Shown one piece after another: positions 1-12,720 of a stretch of 64,000 nt of DNA. Source of the stretch: the human T2T-CHM13v2.0 reference genome, Homo sapiens. Each line of letters starts with the position of its first letter. The stretch's first letter is position 1. Under the pieces are notes generated by a model. The model had not been told where the DNA came from, ran no database searches, and saw nothing but the letters and a program-made list of their open reading frames with translations. The stretch is from assembly GCF_009914755.1 (NCBI RefSeq), contig NC_060940.1; one strand, written 5' to 3'. Made by a program: the position numbers and the translations under genes.

Positions 1-3000
1 TTCGATGATTCCATTCGATTCCATTTGATGATTCCATTCGAGTCCATTTAATCATTACAGTCGAGTCCATTTGGTGATTCCACTGGATTTCTTTTGATAA
101 TGATACCATTCAATTACATTTGATGATGATCCCATTCAATTTCATTTGATGATGATTCCATTAGAGTCCATTCCATGATTTCATTCGAGTCCCTTCATTG
201 ATTCCATCCGATTTCATTTCATGATGACTCCATTCGAGTCCATTCGATGATTCCACTCGATTCCATTAGATGATTCCATTGGAGTCCATTTGATTGTTCC
301 ATTCGATTCCATTCGATTCCTTTCGAAGATTATTCCATTTGAGTCCATTCGATGATGATTCCATTCCATTCCATTCGATGATTCCGTTTGATTCCATTCG
401 ATGATTCCCTGCGATTCCTTTCTATGATGATTCCATTCCATTCCATTCAATGATTCCATTCGAATCTATTCCATGATGATTCCTTTCGATTCCATTCGCT
501 GATGTTTCCGTTCAATTCCATTCGATGATGATTCCATTCGATTCCATTCATTGAGGATTCCATTGGATTCCATTCAATGATGATTCCATTCTATTCCATT
601 CAATGATTGCATTCAATTCCATTCAATGATTATGCCATTAGAGTAAATTCAACGATTCCATTCAATACCATTCGATGATGATTCCTTTTGAGTCCATTCA
701 ATGATTTCATTCAAGTCCATTTGATGATTCCTTTCAATTCCATTCCATGATGATTCCATTCGAGTCCATTCGATGATTCCATTCGATTGCATTCGATGAT
801 TCCATTATATTCCATTCAACGATGATTCCATTCGAGTCCATTCGATGATTCCATTAGAGTACATTTAATGATTGCTTTGTTTTCAATTCGAAGATGATTA
901 CATTGGATTCCATTCTATGATTCCATTCGATTGCATTCATTGATGATTCCACCCAATTCCATTCGATGATGATTCCATTCGATTTCAATGATTCTACTCG
1001 ATTCCATTCAATGATGATTCAATTCTATTCCGTTTGATGATTCCATTAGATTCCATTCTATGATGATTCCATTCGAGTCCATTCGAAGATTTCATTCGAT
1101 TACATTCCATGACGATTCCATTCGAGTCCATTCGATGATTCCATTTGAATCCATTCGACGATGATTCCATTTGATGCTATTCGATGATTCCCTTGGATTC
1201 CATTCGATGATGATTCCATTCGACTTGATTTGATGTTTCTATTTGAGTCCATTCGGTTATTTTATTAGACTACATTCGATGATGATTCCATTCGATGCCA
1301 TTCAGTGGTTCCATTTCATTCCACTCAATGATGATTGCATTCGTGTCCATTCGATGATTCCATTTGGTTCCATTTGATGATGATTCCATTCGAGTCCATT
1401 CGATGATACCATTCAATTCCATTCGATGATCATTCCATTCGAATCCATTTGATGATTCCACTCAATTCCATTTGATGACTCCTTTCATTCCCATTCGATG
1501 ATTCCCTTCAGTTCCAATTGGATGATCTTTCCATTTGATTCAATATGGTGACTCCATTCTATTATATTCAATGATGATTCCATTCGACTCCATTAGATGA
1601 TGACTTCATTCCATTCCATTCGATTGTGATTTCATTCGATTCCATTCGAAGATGATTCCATTCGAGTCCATTCGATGATTCCATTCGATTTCATTCAACG
1701 ATGATTTGATTCGTGTCCATTCGATGATTCCATTTGATTCCACTTGATGATGATTCCATTCGAGTCCATTTGATGATTCCATTCAATTCCATTCTCCGAT
1801 GACTTCTTTTGAGCCCATTCAATGCTTCCACTCGATTCCATATGATGATGACTCCATTCGATGAAATTCGATGATGATTCCATTCGCTTGCATTCGATGA
1901 TGATTCCACTTGAGTCCATTAGAAGATTCTATTCAATTACATTCCATGACGATTCCGTTCGAGTCCATTTGATGATTCCATTAGACTCCATTCGACGATG
2001 ATTCCATTCGAGGTTATTCGATGATTCCATTCGATCTCATTCGATGATGATTCCATTCAACTCCATTCGATGTTTCCATTCGAGTTCATTCTATTATTCC
2101 ATTAGATTCCATTCGATGATGATTCCATTCGATTCCATTTGATGATTGCATTCTATTTCATTTGATGATGATTCCATTCGAGTCCACTCGATGATTCCAT
2201 TCGAGTCCATTTAATGAATATATTGGTTTCAATTCTATGATGATTACATTGGATTACATTCGTTGATGATTTCATTCGGTTCCATTCAATGATGATTCTA
2301 TTCAATTCCTTTCAATGTTTCCATTCAATTCCATACGATGATGATTCCATTTGATTTGATTCGACAGTGAGTCATTCGATTCAATTCCATGATGATTCTA
2401 TTTGATTCAATTGGTTGACATTTCCATTCGATTCCATTCGATGATGATTCCCTTTGATTCAATTCAAAGATGATTCCATTCTAGCCCATTCAATCATTCC
2501 ATTCGATTCTATTCAATGATGATTCCATTCATGTCGATTTGGTGATTCCATTTGACTTCATTTGATGATGATTCCTTTCAAGTTCATTAGATGATTCCAT
2601 TCGATTCCATTTGATGATGATCCCATTCGAGTCTATTCAGTGATTCCACTCGTTTCCATTCCATGATGATTCCATTCCATTCCATTCAATGATTCCATTC
2701 GATTCCGTTTGATGATGATTTCATTCGAGTCCATTTGATGATTCCATTTCATTCCATTCGATGATGATTCCATTCGAGTCCATTTGATGATTCTATTCGA
2801 ATCCATTTGATGATTTCTTTTGATTATAGTTGGTGATGATTCCATTGGAGTCCATTCAATGATTCCATTCTATTCCAATCGATGATGATTCCATTAGAGT
2901 CCATTTAATGATTCCATTTGATTCCAGTCTCTGATGATTACATTCGAGTCCATACGATGATTCCACTCAATTCCATATGATGATGATTCCATTCTATTCC

Positions 3001-4500
3001 GTTCGATGATTCCATTCTATTCTATTCAATGGTGATTCCATTCGATTCCATTCAATGATGATTCTATTTGTGTCCCTTAGATGATTCCACATGATTCCAT
3101 TAGATGATGATACTATTTGAGCCCATCCAATGATTCCCTTCGATTCCATTCGATGAGGATTCCATTCGATTCAATTCATTGGTGATTCTATTCAATTCAA
3201 TTCTTTGATTCCATTCCATTCCATTCGACAATGATTCCATTCGATTTCTTTCGATGATTCCACTCGATTCCACTTGACATTGATTCCCTTCGATTCCATT
3301 CAATGATTCCATTTGATTCCAGTGGATGATGATTGCCATCGATTCCATTCGATCACTCCATTCTATTCCATTTGATGATGATTACATTCGATTCCATTTG
3401 ACGATTCCATCTGATTCTATTCGAGGATTCCATTTGATTCCATTCGATGATGATTCCATTCGAGTCCATTCGATGATTTCATTCGAGTACATCCAATGAT
3501 TCCATTCGAGTCCATTTGATGATTCCATTTGATTCCATTTGATAATGATTCTACTAGAGTCCATTCAATGACTCCATTCGAGTCCATTCAACAATTCCAT
3601 TCGACTCCATTTGATGATTCCATTCGATTCCATTTGATGATTCCATTCGAGTCCATTTAATCATTACAGTCGAGTCCATTTGGTGATTCCACCGGATTTC
3701 TTTTGATAATGATACCATTCAATTACATTTGATGATGATCCCATTCAATTTCATTTGATGGTGATTCCATTAGAGTCCATTCGATGATTTCATTCGAGTC
3801 CCTTCATTGATTCCATCCGATTTCATTGGATGATGACTCCATTCGAGTCCATTCGATGATTCCACTCGATTCCATTAGATGATTCCATTGGAGTCCATTT
3901 GATTGTTCCATTCGATTCCATTCGATTTCTTTCGAAGATTATTCCATTTGAGTCCATTCGATGATGATTCCATTCCATTCCATTCGATGATTCCGTTTGA
4001 TTCCATTCGATGATTCCCTTCGATTCCTTTCTTTGATGATTCCATTCCATTCCATTCAATGATTCCATTCGAATCTATTCCATGATGATTCCTTTCGATT
4101 CCATTCGCTGATGTTTCCTTTCAATTCCATTCGATGATGATTCCATTCGATTCCATTCATTGAGGATTCCATTTGATTCCATTCAATGATGATTCCGTTC
4201 TATTCCATTCAATGATTGCATTCAATTCCATTCAATGATTATCCCCTTAGAGTAAACTCAACGATTCCATTCAATACCATTCGATGGTGATTCCTTTTGA
4301 GTCCATTCAATGATTTCATTCAAGTCCATTTGATGATTCCTTTGAATTCCATTCTATGATGATTCCATTCGAGTCCATTCGATGATTCCATTATATTCCA
4401 GTCAACGATGATTCCATTCGAGTCCATTCGATGATTCCATTAGAGTACATTTAATGATTGCTTTGTTTTCAATTCGAAGATGATTACATTGGATTCCATT
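1..4500 (+). repeat. ~3,609-bp local periodicity (about 1.25 copies visible)
   Basis: ORF 214..459 recurs at 3823..4068 (+3609). The marker AATCATTACAGTCGAGTCC occurs at ~50 and ~3659. Offset drops to 3586 after a 23-bp indel near 4381. Confidence 0.85.
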
Positions 4501-5549
4501 CTATGATACCATTCGATTCCATTCAATGATGATTCCACTCAAATCCATTGGATGATTCCATTCGTGTCCATTCGGTGATTTCATTAGATTCCATTCGAGG
4601 ATGATTCCATTCGATTCCATTCGATGATTCCATTCAATTCCATTCGATGATGATTCCATTCCAGTCCATATGATCATTCCATTTGATTTCATTCGATGAT
4701 GATTCCATTCGATTCCATTCGATGATTCCATTCTATTCCATTCGATGATGATTCCATTCGAGTCCATTCGATGATTCCATTCGAGTCCATTTAATGATTC
4801 CATTGGGTTCAATTCAATGATGATTACATTGGATTCCGTTCTATGATTCCATTCAATTCCTTTCATTGACAATTTGATTCCATTCGATGATGATTCAATT
4901 TGAGTTCATTCGATGATTCTATTCGATTCTCTTCGATGGTGATTCAATTCTATTATATTGGATGATTCCATTCGATTCCATTTGATGTTGATTCAATTCG
5001 ATTCTATTCGATGATGATTCCATTGGATTTCACTTGATGATTCTATTCGATTCCATTCAATGATGATTCACTTCTCGTCCATTGGATGATTCCATTTCAT
5101 TCCATTCGATGATGATTTCCTTCGATTCCATGCGACGGTGAGCAATTCGATTCAATTCCATGATGATTCTATTTGATTCAATTAGATGATGTTTCCATTC
5201 GAATCCATTCCATGATTATTCCATTGGAATCCATTCGGCGATGATTCCATATGAGTCAATTCAATGATGATTCCATATGGGTCCGTTCGATGATAATTCC
5301 ATTTGATTTCATTCAATGCTTCTATTCTATTCCAGTCGATGATGATTCCATTGGAGTCCATACGATGATTCCATTTGATTTCATTTGATGATGATTCCAT
5401 TCGATGATGATTACATTGGATTCCATTCTATGATTCCATTCAATTCCATTCGTTGATGATTCGATTCCATTCAATGATGATTCCATTTGAGTTCATTCGA
5501 TGATTCTATTCGATTCCGTTCGATGGTGATTCAATTCTATTATATTGGA

Positions 5550-8500
5550 TGATTCCACTCGATTCCATTTGATGATTATTCCATTGGAGTCCACTTAGTG
5601 AATCCTTTAGATTCTACTCGAAGATGATTCCATTCGAGTCCATTCAATGATAGCATTCAATTTCATTCGTTGATGCTTCCATTCAAGTGCATTCGATGAT
5701 ATCATTCGATTCCATTTGATGATAATTCCATTTGATTCCATGCGATGATTCTATTCGATTCCATTCAATGATAATTCCATTCAATTCAGTGATTCCTCTG
5801 GACTCCATTTGATGATGATACCATTCAATGATTCCATTCGATTCTATTCGAAAATGATTCCATTTGAATCCATTTGATGATGATTCCATTAGATTCCATT
5901 TGATGATTCCATTCGATTGCATTTGACGATGATTCCATTCGATTCCATTTGATGATTCCATTCTATTCTATTCGATGATGATTCCATTCGATTCCATTTG
6001 ATGATGATTGGATTCGATTCCATTTGATGATTTCATTTGATTCCATTCGTTAATGATTTCGATCAACTCCATTCGATGATTCCATTTGATTCCATTCGAT
6101 AATGATTACATCCGAGTCCATTCGATGATTCCATTTGAGTCCGTTCGATAATTCCATTTGAGTCCAATCAATGATTCCATTCATTTCCATTCAATGATTC
6201 CATTCGAGTCCATTTGATCATTCTGGTAGGGTCCGTTCGATGTTGATTCCATTGGAGTGCATTCGATGATTCCATTCGAGTCCATTTTATGATTTGATTC
6301 GAGTCCTTTCGATGATTCCATTCGATTCCACTCGATGATGATTTCATTCGAGTCCATTCGACACTTCCAATCGATTCCATTTGATGTTTCCATTTGAGTC
6401 CAATTGATGATTCCATTCAATTCCATTCGATGATGATTCCGTACGATTCCATTCTGTGATGATTCCATGTGATTGCATTCAATGATGATTCCTTTCGACT
6501 GCATTTGATTATGATTCATTTCGTGTTCATTCTATGGTTCCACAGGTTTCCATTCGATGACGTTTCCGTTCGTGTCCATTCCATTATTCCATTCTATTTC
6601 ATTTGATGATGATTCCATTCGATTCCATTCATTGGTGATTCCACTCAATTCCATTCAATGATTCCATTCCATTTCTTTCAACAATGATTCCATTACTTTC
6701 TATTCGATGATCCACTTGATTCCATTTGGCGATGATTCCATTCGTGTCCATTCGATGATTCCATTTGATTTCATATGATGATGATTCCATTCGATTCCAT
6801 ACCATGATGATTCCATTCGAGTCCATTCAATGGTGATTCCATTCAATTCCATTCGATGATTCCTTCCGATTCCATTCGATGATGATGGCATTCGATTCCT
6901 TTCAATCATTCCCTTTGATTCCATTCAAAGGTGATTTCATTCAAGTCCATTCGATAATTGCATTCGATTCCATTCTATGATGATTCCATTCGAGTCCATT
7001 TGATGATTCCATTCAATTCAAGTCAATGATGATTCCATTTAATTCCACTCGATGATTCCATTGGATTCAATTCGATGATGATTCCATTCAAATCCATTCG
7101 ATAATTCAATTCAAGTCCATTCGATGATGATTCCAATCGAATCCATTCAAAGATTCCATTCAATTCCATTCGATGATGATTCCCTTAGATTCCATTCGAT
7201 GATTCCACTTGATTCCATTTACGATGATTCCATTCGATTCCATGTGATGAATCCATTCAATTCTATTCAATGATGTTTCCATTTGATTCCATTGGACCAT
7301 GATTGCCTTTGATTCCATTCAATGATTCCATTCGGTTCCATTTGATGATGATTCCGTTCGTTTCCATTTCATTATTCCATTTGATTCCATTGGATGAGTC
7401 CATTCGATTACATTCGATGATTATTCCATTCGAGTGCATTAGATGATTGCATTCGAGTCCATTCGATGATTCCATTCGATTCCATTCGATGTTGATTCTG
7501 TTCAAATCCATTCGATGATTCCACTCGATTCCATTCGATGACTCCATTTGATCCCATTCGATGATTTCCTGTGATTCCCTTTGATGATCATTCTATTTGA
7601 TTCAATTCGGTGATTTCATTTCATTCCATTCAGTGATGTTTCCATTCGACTGTATTCGATGATGATTCCATTCGACTCCATTCGATTATGATTTCATTCA
7701 ATTCCATTCAATAATGATTCCCTTCGAGTCCATTCGATGATTCCATTCGATTCCATTCAACGATGATTTGATTCGTTTCCATTCGATGATTCCATTTGAT
7801 TCCACTTGATGATGATTCCATTCGAGTCCATTTGATGATTCCATTCGAGTCTATTTATGTATTATATTCGTGTCCGCTTCATGATTCCATTCAATTCCAT
7901 TTAATGTTGATTCCATTTGATTCCATTTGATGATTCAGTTCGATTCCTTGCAATGATTCCCTACGATTCCTTTCTCTGATGATTCCATTCGATTCCATTC
8001 ATTGATGATTTCATTCGACTCCATTCGATGATGATTCCTTTCGATTCCATTTGACGATGTTTCCATTCGAGTCCATTCGATGATGATTCTATTCAATTCT
8101 GTTCTATTATGATTCCATTCGATTTCATTCAATGCTTCTATTTGATTCCATTCGATGATGATTCCATCTCTTTCCCTTCGATGATTCCATTTGATTCCAT
8201 TCAGTGATGATTCCATTTGATTCCATCTGATGATGATTTCACTTGATTCCTTTCAATGATGATTCAATTCAAGTCCATTCGATGATTCCATTGGAGTCCA
8301 AACGATCATTCCGTTCGATTCCATTCAATGGTGATTCCATTCATGTCCATTCGATGAATCCATTCAATTCCATTCGATGATGACTCCATTCGAGTACATT
8401 CGATGATTCCATTTGATTCCATTTGAAGATGATTCCATTCAATTCCATTCGAAGATGATTCCATTCAATTCCATTCGATGATGATTCCGTATGAATCCAT

Positions 8501-11480
8501 TCTCTGATTATTCCATTCGATTCCATTCATTGACGATTCCATTCAATTCCATTCAATGATGATTCTCTTCTATTCCATTCGATGATTCCGGTCGATTCCA
8601 TTCGATGATGATTCCATTAGATTCCATTCGATTGTTGCATTCGATTCCCTTCGATGATGATTCCTTTGAATTCCATTCGATTATCATTCCGTATGAATCC
8701 ATTTGATGATTATTCCATTGGATTCCTTTCGATGATGATTCCATTCGATTCCATTTGATGATGTTTCTCTTGTATTCCATTGGATAATTCCTTTCAGTTC
8801 CCTTCGATGATTATTCTTTCGAGTCAATTCGATGATTCTATTCCATTCCCTTCGATGATGATTCCATTTCACTCCATTTGATGATTCCATTCGACTCAAT
8901 TTGGTGATGATTCAATTCGATGACATTCGATGACTCCATTCAATTTCATTTGATGATGATTACATTCGAGTCCATTTGATGATTGTATTCCTTTCCTTTT
9001 GATGATTATTCCATGCGTGTCTATTCAAAGGTTCCATTCTATTCCATTCAATGATGATTGCATTTGATTCCATTCAATGATTATGGCTATCGATTCCACT
9101 CGTTGATTCCATTTGATTCCGTTCGATGATTATTCCGTTAGATTCCATTAGAAGATTCCATTCGATTTTATTCAATGATTCCAATGGATTCCATTCAATG
9201 ATGATTCCATTCGACTCCATTCAGTGATTCCATTCGAGTCCATTTGATGATTCCATTCTTTTCCATTTGATGATGATTCCATTAGGGTCCATTCAATGAT
9301 TCCATTCGAGTCCATTCGTTAATGCCTTTCGAGTCCTTTTGATCACTACATTCGAGTCCATTCAATGATTCTATTCGATTCCATTCCATGATGATTCCAT
9401 TCGAGTTCATTCGATGATTGCATTCGAGTCCATTTGATGATTCCATATGATTCCATTCGACAATGATTCCATTCGTGTCCATTTGATGATTCCATTCATT
9501 TCCTATCGATGAAGATTCCATTCAAGTGTATTCGATGATTCCATTCAAATCCATTCGATGATGATTCCATTCCAGTCCATTCGATCATTCCACTTGATTC
9601 CATTTGATGACTATTCCATTCAAATCCATTTGATGATTCCATTCGATTCCATTCGATGTTACCATTCGAGTATATACGATGATTCCACTCGATTCCATTT
9701 GATGATTATTCCATTGGAGTCCACTTAGTGAATCCTTTAGATTCTACTGGAAGATGATTCCATTCGAGTCCATTCGATGATACCATTCAATTCCATTCGT
9801 TGATGCTTCCATTCAAGTGCATTCGATGATATCATTCGATTCCATTTGATGATAATTCCATTTGATTCCATGCGATGATTCTATTCGATTCCATTCAATG
9901 ATAATTCCATTCAATTCAGTGATTCCTCTGGACTCCATTTGATGATGATTCCATTCAATGATTCCATTCGATTCTATTCGAAAATGATTCCATTTGAATC
10001 CATTTGATGATGATTCCATTGGATTCCATTTGATGATTCCATTCGATTCCATTCGATGATGATTCCATTCGATTCCTTTTGATGAATCCATTCTATTGTA
10101 TTCGATGATGATTCCATTCGATTCCATTCGATGATGATTGGATTCGATTCCATTTGATGATTTCATTTGATTCCATTCGATAAGGATTTCGATCAACTCC
10201 ATTCAATGATTCCATTCGATTCCATTCGATAATGATTACATCCGAGTCCATTCGATGATTCCATTTGAGCCCGTTAGATAATTCCATTTGAGTCCAATCA
10301 ATGATTCCATTCATTTCCATTCAATGATTCCATTCGAGTCCATTTGATCATTCCGGTAGGGTCCGTTCGATGTTGATTCCATTGGAGTGCCTTCGATGAT
10401 TCCATTCGAGTCCATTTTATGATTTGATTCGAGTCCTTTCGATGATTCCATTCGATTCCACTCGATGATTTCATTCGAGTCCATTCGACACTTCCAATCG
10501 ATTCCATTTGATGTTTCCATTCGATTCCAATTGATGATTCCATTCAATTCCATTCGATGATGATTCCGTACGATTCCATTCTGTGATGATTCCATGTGAT
10601 TGCATTCAATGATGATTCCTTTCGATTGCATTCGATTATGATTCATTTCGTGTTCATTCTATGGTTCCACAGGTTTCCATTCGATGATGTTTCCATTCGT
10701 GTCCATTCCATTATTCCATTCTATTCCATTTGAAGATGATTCCATTCGATTCCATTCATTGGTGATTCCACTCAATTCCATTCAATGATTCCATTCCATT
10801 TCTTTCAACAATGATTCCATTAGTTTCTATTCGATGATCCACTTGATTCCATTTGACGATGATTCCATTCATGTCCATTCGATGATTCCATTTGATTCCA
10901 TATGATGATGATTCCATTCGATTCCATACGATGATGATTCCATTCGAGTCCATTCAATGGTGATTCCATTCAATTGCATTCGATGATTCCTTTCGATTCC
11001 ATTCAATGATGATGGCATTCGATTCCTTTCGATCATTCCCTTTGATTCCATTCAAAGGTGATTTCATTCAAGTCCATTCGATAATTGCATTCGATTCCAT
11101 TCTATGATGATTCCATTCGAGTCCATTTGATGATTCCATTCAATTCAAGTCAATGATGATTCCATTCGATTCCACTCGATGATTCCATTGGATTCCATTC
11201 GATGATGATTCCATTCAAATCCATTCGATAATTCAATTCAAGTCCATTCGATGATGATTCCAATCGAATCCATTCAAAGATTCCACTCAATTCCATTCGA
11301 TGATGATTCCCTTAGATTCCATTCGATGATTCCACTTGATTCCATTTACGATGATTCCATTCGATTCCACGTGATGATTCCATTCAATTCTATTCAATGA
11401 TGTTTCCACTTGATTCCATTCGAACATGATTGCCTTTGATTCCATTCAATGATTCCATACGGTTCCATTTGATGATGATT
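5550..11480 (+). repeat. Direct repeat of ~1.8 kb at ~4,130-bp spacing (~5550-7350 and ~9680-11480)
   Basis: ORF pairs 5683/9813, 6168/10298, 6181/10311 (+4130) and 6629/10756 (+4127). Shared rare motifs CACTTAGTGAATCC, GGTAGGGTCCG, GGTTCCACAGGTTTCC. Confidence 0.85.
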
Positions 11481-12720
11481 CCATTCGAGTCCATTCGATG
11501 ATTCCATTAGAGTACATTTAATGATTGCTTTGTTTTCAATTCGAAGATGATTACATTGGATTCCATTCTATGATACCATTCGATTCCATTCAATGATGAT
11601 TCCACTCAAATCCATTGGATGATTCCATTCGTGTCCATTCGGTGATTTCATTAGATTCCATTCGAGGATGATTCCATTCGATTCCATTCGATGATTCCAT
11701 TCAATTCCATTCGATGATGATTCCATTCCAGTCCATATGATCATTCCATTTGATTTCATTCGATGATGATTCCATTCGATTCCATTCGATGATTCCATTC
11801 AATTCCATTCTCCGATGATTTCTTTTGAGCCCATTCAATGCTTCCACTCGATTCCATATGATGATGACTCCATTTGATGAAATTCCATGATGATTCCATT
11901 CGCTTGCATTCGATGATGATTCCACTTGAGTCCGTTAGAAGATTCTATTCAATTACATTCCATGACGATTCTGTTCGAGTCCATTTGATGATTCCATTAG
12001 ACTCCATTCGACGATGATTCCATTCGATGTTATTCGATGATGATTCCATTCAACTCCATTCGATGTTTCCATTCGAGTTCATTCTATTATTCCATTAGAT
12101 TCCATTCGATGATGATTCCATTCGATTCCATTTGATGATTGCATTCTATTTCATTTGATGATGATTCCATTCGAGTCCATTCGATGATTCCATTCGAGTC
12201 CATTTAATGAATCCATTGGTTTCAATTCTATGATGATTACATTGGATTCCATTCGTTGATGATTTCATTCGATTCCATTCAATGATGATTCCATTCAATT
12301 CCATTCAATGATTCCATTCAATTCCATACGATGATGATTCCATTTGATTTGATTCGACAGTGAGCCATTCGATTCAATTCCATGATGATTCTATTTGATT
12401 CAATTGGTTGACATTTCCATTCGATTCCATTCGATGATGATTCCATTTGATTCCATTCAAACATGATTCCATTCTAGCCCATTCAATCATTCCATTCGAT
12501 TCTATTCAATGATGATTCCATTCATGTCGATTTGGTGATTCCATTTGACTTCATTTGATGATGATTCCTTTCAAGTTCATTAGATGATTCCATTCGATTC
12601 CATTTGATGATGATCCCATTCGAGTCCATTCAGTGATTCCACTCGTTTCCATTCCATGATGATTCCATTCCATTCCATTCAATGATTCCATTCAATTCCG
12701 TTTGATGATGATTCCATTAG

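Larger units (their letters stand above)
1..12720 (+). repeat. Diverged, rearranged flank built from fragments of the 12.66-kb unit
   Basis: Marker ORFs match the downstream unit at changing offsets: 214/13669 and 1270/14725 (+13455), 3100/25606 (+22506), 5683/22100 (+16417), 8341/20605 (+12264), 9813/22100 (+12287). More substitutions than between downstream units. Confidence 0.88.
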
